A DNA stretch of 64,000 nucleotides from Balanoglossus misakiensis (Eukaryota > Animalia > Hemichordata), in assembly GCA_040954595.2 (NCBI GenBank), contig CM082590.2, positions 5,766,001 to 5,830,000 on the forward strand, given 5' to 3'. A program made the position numbers and the translations under genes. Shown here in pieces: positions 24,501 to 32,182 of the stretch. Under the pieces are notes generated by a model. It was given only the letters and a program-made list of their open reading frames with translations, was not told the DNA's origin and ran no database searches. How positions within the stretch are numbered: position 1 is the stretch's first letter; every line of letters begins with the position of its first letter.

Positions 24501-27500
24501 TTTTTATTCTTACATAATGTTAAGAAATTCTCCCCGAGCACTTTGACTGTTTATCGTACCGCTATTGCAGCGACGATCAGAAGTGTCGGGGGTCCTGATT
24601 TTAGTCACAATGCAGCTTTATCTGCAATGCTCAAGAATTTCAAGATTGAGAGACCCCCGTCGAGGCGGTTGGTCCCTCAATGGAGTTTGTCCTTGGTTCT
24701 AAGCGGGTTACAACAACCTCCTTTTGAACCATTAGCTTCTATCAGTTTAAAGGCACTTACCCTTAAAACTGTCTTTCTTGTAGCGTTGGCATCTGGCAGT
24801 CGCAGAAGCGAGATTCATGCTTTTGGTGCCACTGATGGCTTGTTGACTATTAGTAAGACGGAGGCAGTCTTACGTACTAGACCAGGTTTTTTGGCTAAGA
24901 CCCAGGTGCTTGGTTCTGTAGCCACCCCTTTTTCCATTAAAGCTCTTGACTCCCTGACAGGGCCGGATCCACAAGAGCGTTTGTTATGTCCGGTACGTTG
25001 CCTTCGCTGGTACTTGAAACGAACCGAGTCCTTTCGTGCGGGTAGGACTAGACTTTTTCTACCTATTCCCCCCACTCCCAAAAAGGATATTTCAAAGTCC
25101 ACCATTTCTAGTTGGCTCACTAAAACGGTTCGTTGGACTTATGATGAGAGTTCAGAAACTGACCGTCGCCTTACCAGAGTGACAGCCCATGAGGTTAGGG
25201 CTATCTCTGCTTCACTGGTGTATTCAGCTGGTGTTCCTGCTGACGATGTCCTTCGTGCAGGTACATGGCGCTCACCTAATTCCTTTGTCAGTTTTTATCT
25301 TCGGGATATGGCTTCAGAATCGGACGGTTTGTTTTCCCTTGGTCCGATTTCCGTTGGCCAGCAGGTTGTCATTCCTGGTAAATAAATAATGGATTCCCCA
25401 CCTCCGAAGGTCTGTCGGATTCTGTTATTTTCCCGAAAGTTTGGTGGGTAAGTATTCAATGTACAGAATTGAAGTTTATTTCTAAACTAATTTCTGTAAC
25501 ATTAGAATACTTACCCACCATTCCCACCCGCCTCCCCACTAGGTGTTGTCTGAATATTTATTTTACCTGGGGACGTTTTTGTTATTTATGGTCAAGCCCG
25601 TGTTGGTGACCACCTGTACTCCCCACCAGGTATTGTTCGGATATTTTATTTTACCTGGGGACGTATTATTACCATAGACAGTATGTCTATGTTATTACTT
25701 AACGGTCAAGCCTGTGTTGGTGACCACCTCTATAGGAGTGATCTCCTCGATATTATGGTCACTTTGTTTTTGTCTGCCTATGCAATTACATGTGCATTTA
25801 TTGACTTGTCTATTTAGACCACCTGTCTATTACGGCCAGTTTAGGAGGTCCGTTGACAGACAGGACCCTCTGGGCTATTTTTGACTGTTAGTTTTTTGGT
25901 GGGTGTATTATTGTTTCTACGAACATATGGATCACCGTTCTTGTTTGCTTTTGGCACCTGGCGGTTATCTGGGTTTTTTGTTTGTGGAATTATCATTCTC
26001 TAGCTGTCGTACTCTAAAGAGCGCATTCATGCAGTCTCTGGCGGAGTATAAACTGAGGAGCTAGGGGGTCCTGTGACCCAGGTCACAGGATAGTCTAGGC
26101 TAAAAGTTCTAATCTTGCAATTAACGGAGCCTGAGGTATTAATTCCCGAAAGTTTGGTGGGTAAGTATTCTAATGTTACAGAAATTAGTTTAGAAATAAA
26201 CTTCAATTATCTGGCTATTAATATTGTCATCTCTTTATAATTTACAGCTCGTCATTTGCTGAAGGAAGTTCTGACAGAAGCCCAGACTATGTTTCAAGAT
26301 TATTTAGACATAGTGAGCGACATATTTCCGTTGAATTGTCGTGATTCTACAGACAGTGAAATGAAGAAACTCCGTGATTGTTTAAATCAGAAAAAGGTAA
26401 CAATATTTCGCTGTAGTCATTTGCCTCTGAATTGTTAAGTTTTATCAGCACAGATACACTATAGCACTGCAGTATTGGTGTACAACTACAAGATTCATGA
26501 AGAATATATATCTGATTGTGTAAAACATTACATCCTCATCAAGTTGTACAAGTACTAGTTGATATTAGAATTCTGGCAAAAGTAACATTTTCAGTAATTA
26601 CAAACGAAAAAAATGTCGTCTCGAATGCATTGTTATTATATTATACTTGCATGGCCAGTCATGGTTTTATTTAATATTTCTTTTTTGTGACACAGTCCCT
26701 AAATTGACTGAATATAATGTTTGGCTACTTCCAATTATTTCATGTTATCAATTTATTTTTATTCTTAGAAAGTGAAAATGCTTCCAAGCGTGTGTGCCAA
26801 GATAATGGAAAAGAAGAGGGAATTATATGATGACTTCCCTGCTCTTTATTGGACAGAATATGTGGCGAAAATCAAAGAAATATACCCCACGATTGACGAA
26901 AGCTTCTTACGAAAAGCCACCAACTATCTGCATGACATAGGAGAGGTCAGTAACAAGGAACAACATGTTGCTCATCCATTCTCTGTTAGTACAAATTCTG
27001 GGATGAGTGTATGTGATACATCAAACTTGACAAAATGAATTTATCAGCGTTTAATGCAGTTGATTTATAAAAGAGTTACAGATTGTTCCTTCCATAACAA
27101 TTTTTCACGATATTTTTTCTTGTTTACAGCTTTTGTTTGTGAAGAAGTCATCTCTAGAAAGAAAAGATGTCGTGGTATTGGATCCAAACTGGTTGTGTTC
27201 CAGGATGTTTGGACCAATGTTGGCTACCCCTTTATTTGCACAATTCAGTTCCAGGTTCAAGAGAGATTGTTTTCAGTCAATGGACACAATCGAAGATGTA
27301 CTTGGTAAAGGTGTTAACAGCCAACTGATCGTCGACCTTCTAGAGGATTTTGAGCTTCTCTGTCAAGCACATGATATCACAGAGACGGGAGAGAAACTTT
27401 TCGTCATACCAGGGCTTCAAGACGACGATATGCCTGAAGGTCAATGGGAGGTGAGCCGAATGAAGACCATCTACATTGGAAGACGTTTTGAATGCCACGA

Positions 27501-28503
27501 TGAAACAGATTCCTTTACGGCAGGCTTTTTCCCAAGATTACAGACCCGTCTATATAAGCATTTCACAGAGCTTGGCCAGCCACCCAGTGGCTTATGGAAA
27601 AATGGTATCAAAGTGTGCCATGATGTTGAAGGTCTTGTCTTTATGACCAATGGCAGAAGGGCAGTCAATGTCTGCGTACGAGTTGAAGACAAGAAGTCGA
27701 TTGGTGAGGGCTACAAGCTTCTTGAGATGGTTTCCAAAGACATACAGGATGTCTTCTCGATCGCATGTCCAGGCAACAGGATGAATCAGCTTATCCTGAG
27801 TGCAGATTCTCTTGCAAACCACAGCAACATGGAAAAAGTAGAGTTTTACACTCTCGATGAGGTGCTACGTGCAGAAGACATGGGAAAGAAAGTGTACAAC
27901 CAAAAAGTTGGTAAAGCAGAAGATGTTTGTGACCTGCTTTGTCAAGGTCATGACACAACGATCTTACGAAGGAAGTGGAAACGCTGTGATATCAAATGGA
28001 TGCTTGAAGATACCAGACGCAAATTGACCATGGGAATGGACATTGAGCGTGGACACCCTTCCTTGCACTATGCCACCATGGCCGAATGGATGGGAATCGG
28101 GTACCAGGATGTCAAGGCACTGGAAAAGGTGGCAAGTCTAACAGGTCGACAAGTTACAGACTGCATCTTCGAAGAGTGGTGTCGCAGATGGATGAAACAA
28201 CATCAAAGTGGAAAAGACACAACTACAGCTGCAGGTGCCAGAGCCATGTCACATGACATCGATGCCACCAAAAGTCGTATGGCAAAAATGTCACTGTCAT
28301 CAACATCGTCAGCCCCGCAAGATTCAAGTGAAGAAGCAAAGGCTCAGAAAACAGCAAGACAGAAGTATCCATGTGTAGAGGGACCCCTCTTCGAAAGCAA
28401 CTTTGAGAATCTGTTGGCAATTTTCCAGACCATGGGAAGAGACGACATGGTAGCGTTGATTGAAGAGATGTTCGAAGAAATTGCGAAAACACAAATGAAA
28501 TGA
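3468..28503 (+). CDS. ROCO-family gene, DAPK1-like (ankyrin repeats-ROC GTPase-COR-death domain); 13 exons in window, 5' end outside window
   Basis: Exons 3468-3566, 8604-8702, 9945-10043, 10692-10805, 15021-15119, 15888-16001, 17422-17490, 17684-17803, 18180-18419, 18737-18881, 26248-26396, 26769-26945 and 27130-28503 all have AG/GT boundaries and join in one frame. Motifs: ankyrin TALH/TPLH, P-loop GDGGVGKTT, TPGI, WDFAGQ, VASRAD, COR YLHDIGE..VLDPNWL, C-terminal death domain. No kinase exon seen in the window. Confidence 0.9.
3923..4165. repeat. Minisatellite, 44-bp unit (two 22-bp subunits), about 5 copies
   Basis: gctgtataaatcaatgtactcggcagtagaaatcagcgtactcc recurs at 3935, 3979, 4023, 4067, 4111, 4155. 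Confidence 0.9.
4190..6950. mobile_element. Probable decayed DNA transposon material, including Lys-rich coiled-coil ORF 5447-5896 (-)
   Basis: Intronic insertion with a truncated basic coiled-coil ORF and promoter-like aagatggcg motifs; termini not resolved. Confidence 0.3.
7590..8348 (-). mobile_element. hAT-superfamily transposase fragment (ZNF862-like)
   Basis: Motifs STDGAAVM, HCVCHRLALA and TRWLS typical of the hAT catalytic core; truncated at both ends; intronic. Confidence 0.85.
8604..8702 (+). CDS. ROCO exon A2: one ankyrin repeat (DGWTSLHVASLKGKLDAVRVLISLGADVNVKDR)
   Basis: ttcattccag|...|gtacgt, 99 nt, phase 0/0; flanking introns paralogous to exon A1. Confidence 0.9.
9528..9920. 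mobile_element. MITE (hAT-like CAG termini) just upstream of exon B1
   Basis: cagtgtttttg...caaaaacact inverted ends; interrupts the gacattgt|tctcatgctcc sequence seen intact at 10151. Confidence 0.55.
9945..10043 (+). CDS. ROCO exon B1: one ankyrin repeat (RGDIPLHTAAEYNNEGGVRLLLKHKADVTIQNM)
   Basis: ttacttacag|...|gtaaat, 99 nt, phase 0/0. Confidence 0.9.
10692..10805 (+). CDS. ROCO exon C1: ankyrin repeat with 5-aa insert (DGNTALHMAAMGGEIRGDYGKVVKLLLQYGADIDCKNK)
   Basis: ttggatag|...|gtataa, 114 nt, phase 0/0. Confidence 0.9.
11056..14853. repeat. Intronic satellite, 225-bp unit, about 17 copies
   Basis: Exact 225-bp periodicity (11246, 11471, 11696...), with one 2-bp insertion near 13721. 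Confidence 0.97.
15021..15119 (+). CDS. ROCO exon B2: one ankyrin repeat (VGNTPLHDAAGSNKEGCLRLLLEHKADVTIQNK)
   Basis: ttacttacag|...|gtaaat, 99 nt, phase 0/0; duplicate of B1. Confidence 0.9.
15888..16001 (+). CDS. ROCO exon C2: ankyrin repeat with insert (DGNTALHMAAMGEEYRGDYGKVVKLLLQYGADIDCKNK)
   Basis: ttggatag|...|gtacaa, 114 nt, phase 0/0; duplicate of C1. Confidence 0.9.
16118..16565. mobile_element. TTAA-targeting MITE
   Basis: TTAA-ACCCCGGTGCGG ... CCGCACCGGGGT-TTAA; absent from the paralogous intron at ~10915. Confidence 0.8.
16686..17105. repeat. Second array of the 225-bp satellite, about 2 copies
   Basis: Same unit as 11056-14853, in the paralogous position after exon C2. Confidence 0.95.
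17422..17490 (+). CDS. ROCO exon: C-capping ankyrin half-repeat (TGKTPLDVAEKESVKKLLLDYIQ)
   Basis: aattag|...|gtgagt, 69 nt. Confidence 0.85.
17684..17803 (+). CDS. ROCO exon: ROC P-loop (KLFFAGDGGVGKTTLLESL)
   Basis: aaccag|...|gtatgt, 120 nt, Walker A motif. Confidence 0.92.
18180..18419 (+). CDS. ROCO exon: ROC switch I/II (TPGID, WDFAGQAEY)
   Basis: atcaaag|...|gtaaga, 240 nt. Confidence 0.92.
18737..18881 (+). CDS. ROCO exon: ROC G4 region (ILFWLRFL...VILVASRADK)
   Basis: ttgtag|...g|gttagt, 145 nt, phase 0/1. Confidence 0.9.
18934..19135. repeat. (TATG)n/(TG)n microsatellite
   Basis: Read directly. Confidence 0.95.
19238..19330. mobile_element. Tiny piggyBac-like MITE
   Basis: TTAA-CCATTTCACC ... 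GGTGAAAGGG-TTAA. Confidence 0.6.
19935..22412 (+). CDS. DIRS ORF1 gag-like protein
   Basis: ATG at 19935; N-terminal Cys/His cluster (CDCG..DKHRLCSFC..CDIC..W); 69-bp internal duplication at 20361/20430. Confidence 0.85.
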   Translation: MASHSNRTCDCGQQFSLLDKHRLCSFCRACKQAQPCDICSSWTQKDWSNFAPSLDVATADIPEAGPSLSISDLRGVGHDRAHSADNTNTEISAIQGRQTPKKTDVLPSRHTVSDARPLSEFSEGFINPGETTQLSSPVVSARDIFAPNGITCVQGSNSVPAQSAHDIFAPNGITCVQSSNSVPAQSASVARAPEPTRTVTNNQVFGGPFQQHTGAVQTGPAPAEVFPGYPNVNQYPIRYQGSMFSHGIPTQGNFQRDFQQSGTFQPYGNYPQVFHPGMYYQPPVWNYPNPYVSGQQMSYRPPNESNVTQPGFQQPIPMATGLPMGTPDQIGTVPLQSQPSSTGRPTSRQTHRSASASIGHSGKRAHVPSASVSRPGAPSNGSSQSTHSVHTVSAGQPSADRSDYQVARAVAKKHTSQSRDALQRYASPASSEDDDDDIESSVSPSRRNVVDPDSLSVRAPSEDRELEGNESDAVAIQSVASEARSTQQEVDSYDTQSNIGDTGSRKSDSYFHRCYGYVYETFGEECPPPPLPPRPESHVLAFVDPTKKQTDLRSLPNSLALSTTIERVQREIAGTSPNTLPLPIGRLPAASSLLRNKRYKTHDSLFSAGLPKLDEDAVKVDNQAGAFKTVPIDRTALRILGQSVNATVRTISHLDWFVAQLVRIAESPEHPSQFADLTRAIGNTLVHSLEFSVRSHAMLQLLERDAFLNRPSVQLTDELKAKARVVPLDPKALFAGKLAGFAKEATKAVQSNAWLFGRNGQKVQDTGANTNRPKQSSKKPKAGGKAQSKSYKPRAQPYNKGIRSKPKRAFPTSTPTTSGQKGQRS
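22201..24492 (+). CDS. DIRS ORF2 reverse transcriptase-RNase H-adenine methyltransferase-like
   Basis: IDLKDAYF, LPFGL, YLDD (RT); FTDASTTGWG, ELQAV, DNAT (RNase H); DLFAT..YAFPP (MTase). The true start is uncertain. Confidence 0.95.
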   Translation: MDETDRKCRTQARIQIAPSSPPKSLKPGVRHSLSHINLVPNPTTKAFEVSRKGHFLLRHLQRLARKVSAPDYPISLPPIPSPDIQVGGRLRHFANEWQKVTDDQWVLSVVRNGFKPEFLTDPPLSWDPPRFANRAGPRTSAIAEAVQGLLSKNAVRIVNPSIDGPGFYNHLFLVPKKTGGWRPILNLRPLNRFLRIESFSMETTRSILAAVQPGDWMVSIDLKDAYFHIAIHEDFRKYFRFSVNGIVYEYTALPFGLASAPRVFTRVVLELVGFLHRQSVRTHPYLDDWLLPNLRRDVLEKHVFLAWSILLRLGLIPSLEKSALTPSQDMVFVGMRLMTHAGIVCPTPDRVDRLLAVINSILSRTSIPVRLLLEAIGVMVSMLAIIPWARLRLRPIQLYLLALWRPSRQPIDHIIHVRPALRVHLWWWLDTENLLKGVPLRVPPPTQFLFTDASTTGWGAHLDELTASGSWSVDQQEHHINWLELQAVFLALKCFQRSVTNQHVLVNSDNATVVAYINKMGGTRSPTLCYLTWELFMWCKNHNILLRARHLPGKRNHVADALSRDRKVVPTEWEIPQEIANQIFAKWGTPMVDLFATFQNRKLPRFVSPVPDSRALAVDALSMSWKSLLLYAFPPLPLLPLVLRKIVDEETTVILIAPVWPKRSWYPMLLDLMIDRPLELPLREDLLSQGPQLIHPDPSVFRLHAFKLSSNPSLRADFLRQLPPPSLDLREPAPWQLMRTSGQNSVIGVINGVLIHSQFLLTN
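22488..25385 (+). CDS. DIRS ORF3 tyrosine recombinase with long N-terminal overlap on ORF2
   Basis: RRSEI, LCPVR, HEVRAISAS, GTW..FVSFY catalytic motifs in the C-terminal ~350 aa. Confidence 0.93.
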   Translation: MAESDRRPMGVVSRSKRVQTRVSDRSSIILGPTAFCQSGRATHVGNCRGSARAVIKKCGTDCKPVYRRTGILQPLVSRSQKDRGVAADSKSKTFKPVSPHRIFFNGNHSVHTGRGTTRRLDGFHRSQGRVLSYRDPRGFQKILPVFSKRNRLRIHGSSVRPSVSTSRVYQSSVRASRVSSSPICQNASVSRRLAATQSKKRRTREACLSSLVHSPSPRPHSESGEVSPHPITRHGICWDETYDTRRNCLPYPRSSGQTFGCHQLNPVSHIYPGQAPVGGYRGDGVYVGNHSLGTPASSTNSAVLTGPLAAISTADRSHYSCTTGSPCPPMVVARHRESAERCSPTGTTTHSVSVHGCFNNRLGSASGRTDCIGQLVSRPTRASHQLVGTPSCVSGSQMFSAVGHQPACSGQFRQCYSGGLYKQNGGDQIPNPVLPDLGIVHVVQEPQYSPSSPSSARQTESRCRRSVTRPQGGPDGVGNSPRNSQSDFCEMGNSHGGLVCDVSEPQTASVCVASPRQQSSSRRRIVDVVEKPTSVRVPTTASLTTSLKENSGRGNNCDSNSTGLAEALMVSDATGLNDRSTSGVTSPRGSTVPGSSTDSSRPKRVQTSRVQVVEQSLIASGFSETAAATIARPQRASTLATYEDKWTKFCDWCDKRSVDPLTISVNQLAEFFLFLHNVKKFSPSTLTVYRTAIAATIRSVGGPDFSHNAALSAMLKNFKIERPPSRRLVPQWSLSLVLSGLQQPPFEPLASISLKALTLKTVFLVALASGSRRSEIHAFGATDGLLTISKTEAVLRTRPGFLAKTQVLGSVATPFSIKALDSLTGPDPQERLLCPVRCLRWYLKRTESFRAGRTRLFLPIPPTPKKDISKSTISSWLTKTVRWTYDESSETDRRLTRVTAHEVRAISASLVYSAGVPADDVLRAGTWRSPNSFVSFYLRDMASESDGLFSLGPISVGQQVVIPGK
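25430..25520. repeat. DIRS internal complementary region (ICR)
   Basis: ttcccgaaag...gtacagaa|ttgaag...cccacca is complementary to the left-ITR start and to the right-end extension. Confidence 0.95.
26248..26396 (+). CDS. ROCO exon: ROC C-terminus (IFPLNCRDS..MKKLRDCL)
   Basis: tttacag|ct...aag|gtaaca, phase 1/0, compatible with the exon before the DIRS element. Confidence 0.88.
26769..26945 (+). CDS. ROCO exon: COR start (…ATNYLHDIGE)
   Basis: ttcttag|...|gtcagt, 177 nt. Confidence 0.9.
27130..28503 (+). CDS. ROCO terminal exon: COR plus death domain
   Basis: tttacag| acceptor; VLDPNWLC, FFPRLQ, LWKNG; death-domain-like TRRKL..EW..LLAIFQTMGRDD; TGA at 28501-28503. Confidence 0.92.
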   Translation, partial: LLFVKKSSLERKDVVVLDPNWLCSRMFGPMLATPLFAQFSSRFKRDCFQSMDTIEDVLGKGVNSQLIVDLLEDFELLCQAHDITETGEKLFVIPGLQDDDMPEGQWEVSRMKTIYIGRRFECHDETDSFTAGFFPRLQTRLYKHFTELGQPPSGLWKNGIKVCHDVEGLVFMTNGRRAVNVCVRVEDKKSIGEGYKLLEMVSKDIQDVFSIACPGNRMNQLILSADSLANHSNMEKVEFYTLDEVLRAEDMGKKVYNQKVGKAEDVCDLLCQGHDTTILRRKWKRCDIKWMLEDTRRKLTMGMDIERGHPSLHYATMAEWMGIGYQDVKALEKVASLTGRQVTDCIFEEWCRRWMKQHQSGKDTTTAAGARAMSHDIDATKSRMAKMSLSSTSSAPQDSSEEAKAQKTARQKYPCVEGPLFESNFENLLAIFQTMGRDDMVALIEEMFEEIAKTQMK

Positions 28504-28619
28504 ACAGATAACATCATGGGCATAACAATTATTTCTACTGTTATGCAAATTTGCCACCATCATAATTTCTGGGACGAACACTGGAGTTTAATCTGTCCTC
28601 GTCTCGATGCCTATGGACA

Positions 28620-31600
28620 CATCACATGGACATAAATGCAAGAATGGACACAGATCATTTATGAAGTCAATGTGAACAACTTTACTTGAAGTCAGTACAT
28701 TGTAAACAGAATACCAGAGTTGTAATAATTTGTCTGATCACAATATGTCTATAGACACATCACGTACATGGACATGAATGCAAGAATGGACACAGATCAT
28801 TTATGACGTCAATGTGAACAACTTTACTTGAAGTCAGTACATTGTAAACAGAATACCAGAGTTGTAATAATTTGTCTGATCACAATATGTCTATAGACAC
28901 ATCACGTACATGGACATGAATGCAAGAATGGACACAGATCATTTATGAAGTCAATGTGAACAACTTTACTTGAAGTCAGTACATTGTAAACAAAATACCA
29001 GAGTTGTAATAATTTTCTGATCACAATATGTATATAGACACATCACGTACATGGACATGAATGCAAGAATGGACACAGATCATTTATGAAGTCAATGTGA
29101 ACAACTTTACTTGAAGTCAGTACATTGTAAACAGAGTACCAGAGTTGTAATAATTTATCTGATCACCATATGTCTATAGACACATCACATACATGGACAT
29201 GAATGCAAGAATGGACACAGATCATTTATGAAGTCAATGTGAATAACTTTACTTGAAGTCAGTACATTGTAAATAGAATACCAGAGTTGTAATAATTTTC
29301 TGATCACAAAATGTATATAGACACATCACGTACATGGACATGAATGCAAGAATGGACACAGATCATTTATGAAGTCAATGTGAATAACTTTACTTGAAGT
29401 CAGTACATTGTAAACAGAATACCAGAGTTGTAATAATTTGTCTGATCACAATATGTATATAGACACATCACGTACATGGACATGAATGCAAGAATGGACA
29501 CAGATCATTTATGAAGTCAATGTGAACAACTTTACTTGAAGTACATTGTAAATAGAATACCAGAGTTGTAATAATTTTCTGATCACAATATGTATATAGA
29601 CACATCACGTACATGGACATGAATGCAAGAATGGACACAGATCATTTATGAAGTCAATGTGAACAACTTTACTTGAAGTCAGTACATTGTAAACAGAATA
29701 CCAGAGTTGTAATAATTTGTCTGGTCACAATATGTCTATAGACACATCACATACATGGACATGAATGCAAGAATGGACACAGATCATTTATGAAGTCAAT
29801 GTGAACAACTTTACTTGAAGTCAGTACATTGTAAACAGAGTACCAGAGTTGTAATAATTTGTCTGATCACCATATGTCTATAGACACATCACATACATGG
29901 ACATGAATGCAAGAATGGACACAGATCATTTATGAAGTCAATGTGAATAACTTTACTTGAAGTCAGTACATTGTAAACAGAATACCAGAGTTGTAATAAT
30001 TTGTCTGGTCACCATATGTCTATAGACACATCACATACATGGACATGAATGCAAGAATGGACACAGATCATTTATGAAGTCAATGTGAATAACTTTACTT
30101 GAAGTCAATATATTGTAAACAGAATAGCAGAGTTGTAATAATTTGTCTGATCACAATATGTCTATAGACACATCACGTACATGGACATGAATGCAAGAAT
30201 GGACACAGATCATTTATGAAGTCAATGTGAACAACTTTACTTGAAGTCAGTACATTGTAAACAGAATACCAGAGTTGTAATAATTTGTCTGATCACCATA
30301 TGTCTATAGACACATCACGTACATGGACATGAATGCAAGAATGGACACAGATCATTTATGAAGTCAATGTGAATAACTTTACTCACGGTTACTAGAAGAA
30401 GACGGTTAGGAAACTATTTTTTCTCCATTGTTAGATGCTCGCCTCGGTAAACACTTAGTGTAAACGAAAGATATCAGGTGCTAACGAGCCTGGCCATACG
30501 AATAATGACGTCATTCCCCCACAATCCAAAGCAAACCATACTCGTGTTTACGGAATTGCTTGCACGCACAGTACGTATACCACCAGATTTGAGGAAAACA
30601 GAACAGAGAGTGGATAATTTATAAAGTCACAGCACATTTATGACAATTTTGAACTTTCAAGGACATGATGAAGCCATACATTCTTTGTCTTGACTGTGCC
30701 CTAGAGATTCGATGCGAACCAAAACAAACAAGATGGCCGCCAAAGGCTATATCGATAATGTTAACGACTGTATCGAAATGGGTATGCAATCTCAACGAAA
30801 TATTCCAATTGGAATAAACGAAATAGGCCATGCAATACAAAAAGGTGTAAAATATCTAAATATCTAAAAAAAAACAGAAATGCGACCATCAGGGTTGAAT
30901 TCTAGGGGTTCAAAATTCGACGCTATTTGAATCTGGATTTTAAGTTAACCACCCAAGAAACAATGGTAGAGTGTCGCAAGCCCAACAGACTATGACCGTG
31001 CACTCCATAAGCCTATATGGAACTCGTACAAAAAAAAGTGGCGCTGTACTCTGACGAAAAAGGGCAGATGAAGGGGTTCAAAAATTAGCTACGTTCCCCA
31101 ATACACAACCCCACATAGCGGTTCGGACATGGACTCTCCTAGCTAACACCTCGTTCACACCTTCCGAACAATAGAGTTTCCTAACCGTCTTCTTCTAGTA
31201 ACCGTGCTTTACTTGAAGTCAATATATTGTAAACAGAATAGCAGAGTTGTAATAATTTGTCTGATCACAATATGTCTATAGACACATCACGTACATGGAC
31301 ATGAATGCAAGAATGGACACAGATCATTTATGAAGTCAATGTGAACAACTTTACTTGAAGTCAGTACATTGTAAACAGAATACCAGAGTTGTAATAATTT
31401 GTCTGATCACCATATGTCTATAGACACATCACATACATGGACATGAATGCAAGAATGGACACAGATCATTTATGAAGTCAATGTGAATAACTTTACTTGA
31501 AGTCAATATATTGTAAACAGAATAGCAGAGTTGTAATAATTTGTCTGATCACAATATGTCTATAGACACATCACGTACATGGACATGAATGCAAGAATGG

Positions 31601-31808
31601 ACACAGATCATTTATGAAGTCAATGTGAATAACTTTACTTGAAGTCAATATATTGTAAACAGAATAGCAGAGTTGTAATAATTTGTCTGGTCACAATATG
31701 TCATATAGACACATCACGTACATGGACATGAATGCAAGAATTGACACAGATTGTTTATGAAGTCAATGTGAACAACATTACTTGAAGTTAGTACATTGTA
31801 AACAGAAT
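28620..31808. repeat. Satellite, ~142-bp unit, about 16-17 copies, interrupted by a MITE
   Basis: gacatgaatgcaag at 28771, 28913, 29054... Confidence 0.97.
30384..31206. mobile_element. Non-autonomous DNA transposon with 32-bp perfect TIRs and 7-bp TSD
   Basis: CACGGTTACTAGAAGAAGACGGTTAGGAAACT and its reverse complement; CTTTACT duplicated at 30377-30383 and 31207-31213. Confidence 0.92.
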
Positions 31809-32182
31809 AATGTGAATAACTTAAAATTAATTCCTTTATTGTCATATATATCTCTGAAAGAATCTCAGCAAATACTTACTAGTATGTTTTTAATTGTCGA
31901 ATGATTTCTTTCTAGCAAAATATCTATCCACAAATTTCATAAACACAACAGTTTAACATCATAGTTTTTTGTTGTTGTTTTTTGGGGGGAGGGTGATTGA
32001 TTGGCTGTTTATTTTGGTATTTTTGTTTTATTTCTTTCAATAAATTACTTGCCACAAATATTAGTATGTTTTTCTTATTTTCATGTTACCAACGAAATGT
32101 GGAATACATTACATCTAAAGGAAAAATTATTTTTCTGAAAATCTGTCCGGACACATAAGTGAACAGCCCAGATACAGTGCAT

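Larger units (their letters stand above)
19405..26208 (+). mobile_element. Full-length DIRS-1-like tyrosine-recombinase retrotransposon
   Basis: Left ITR 19405-19537, right ITR 26049-26183 plus extension to 26208. Internal complementary region 25430-25520 is the reverse complement of both element ends. gag, RT-RNaseH-MTase and YR ORFs are all open. No TSD; shared TT at the termini. Confidence 0.97.
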
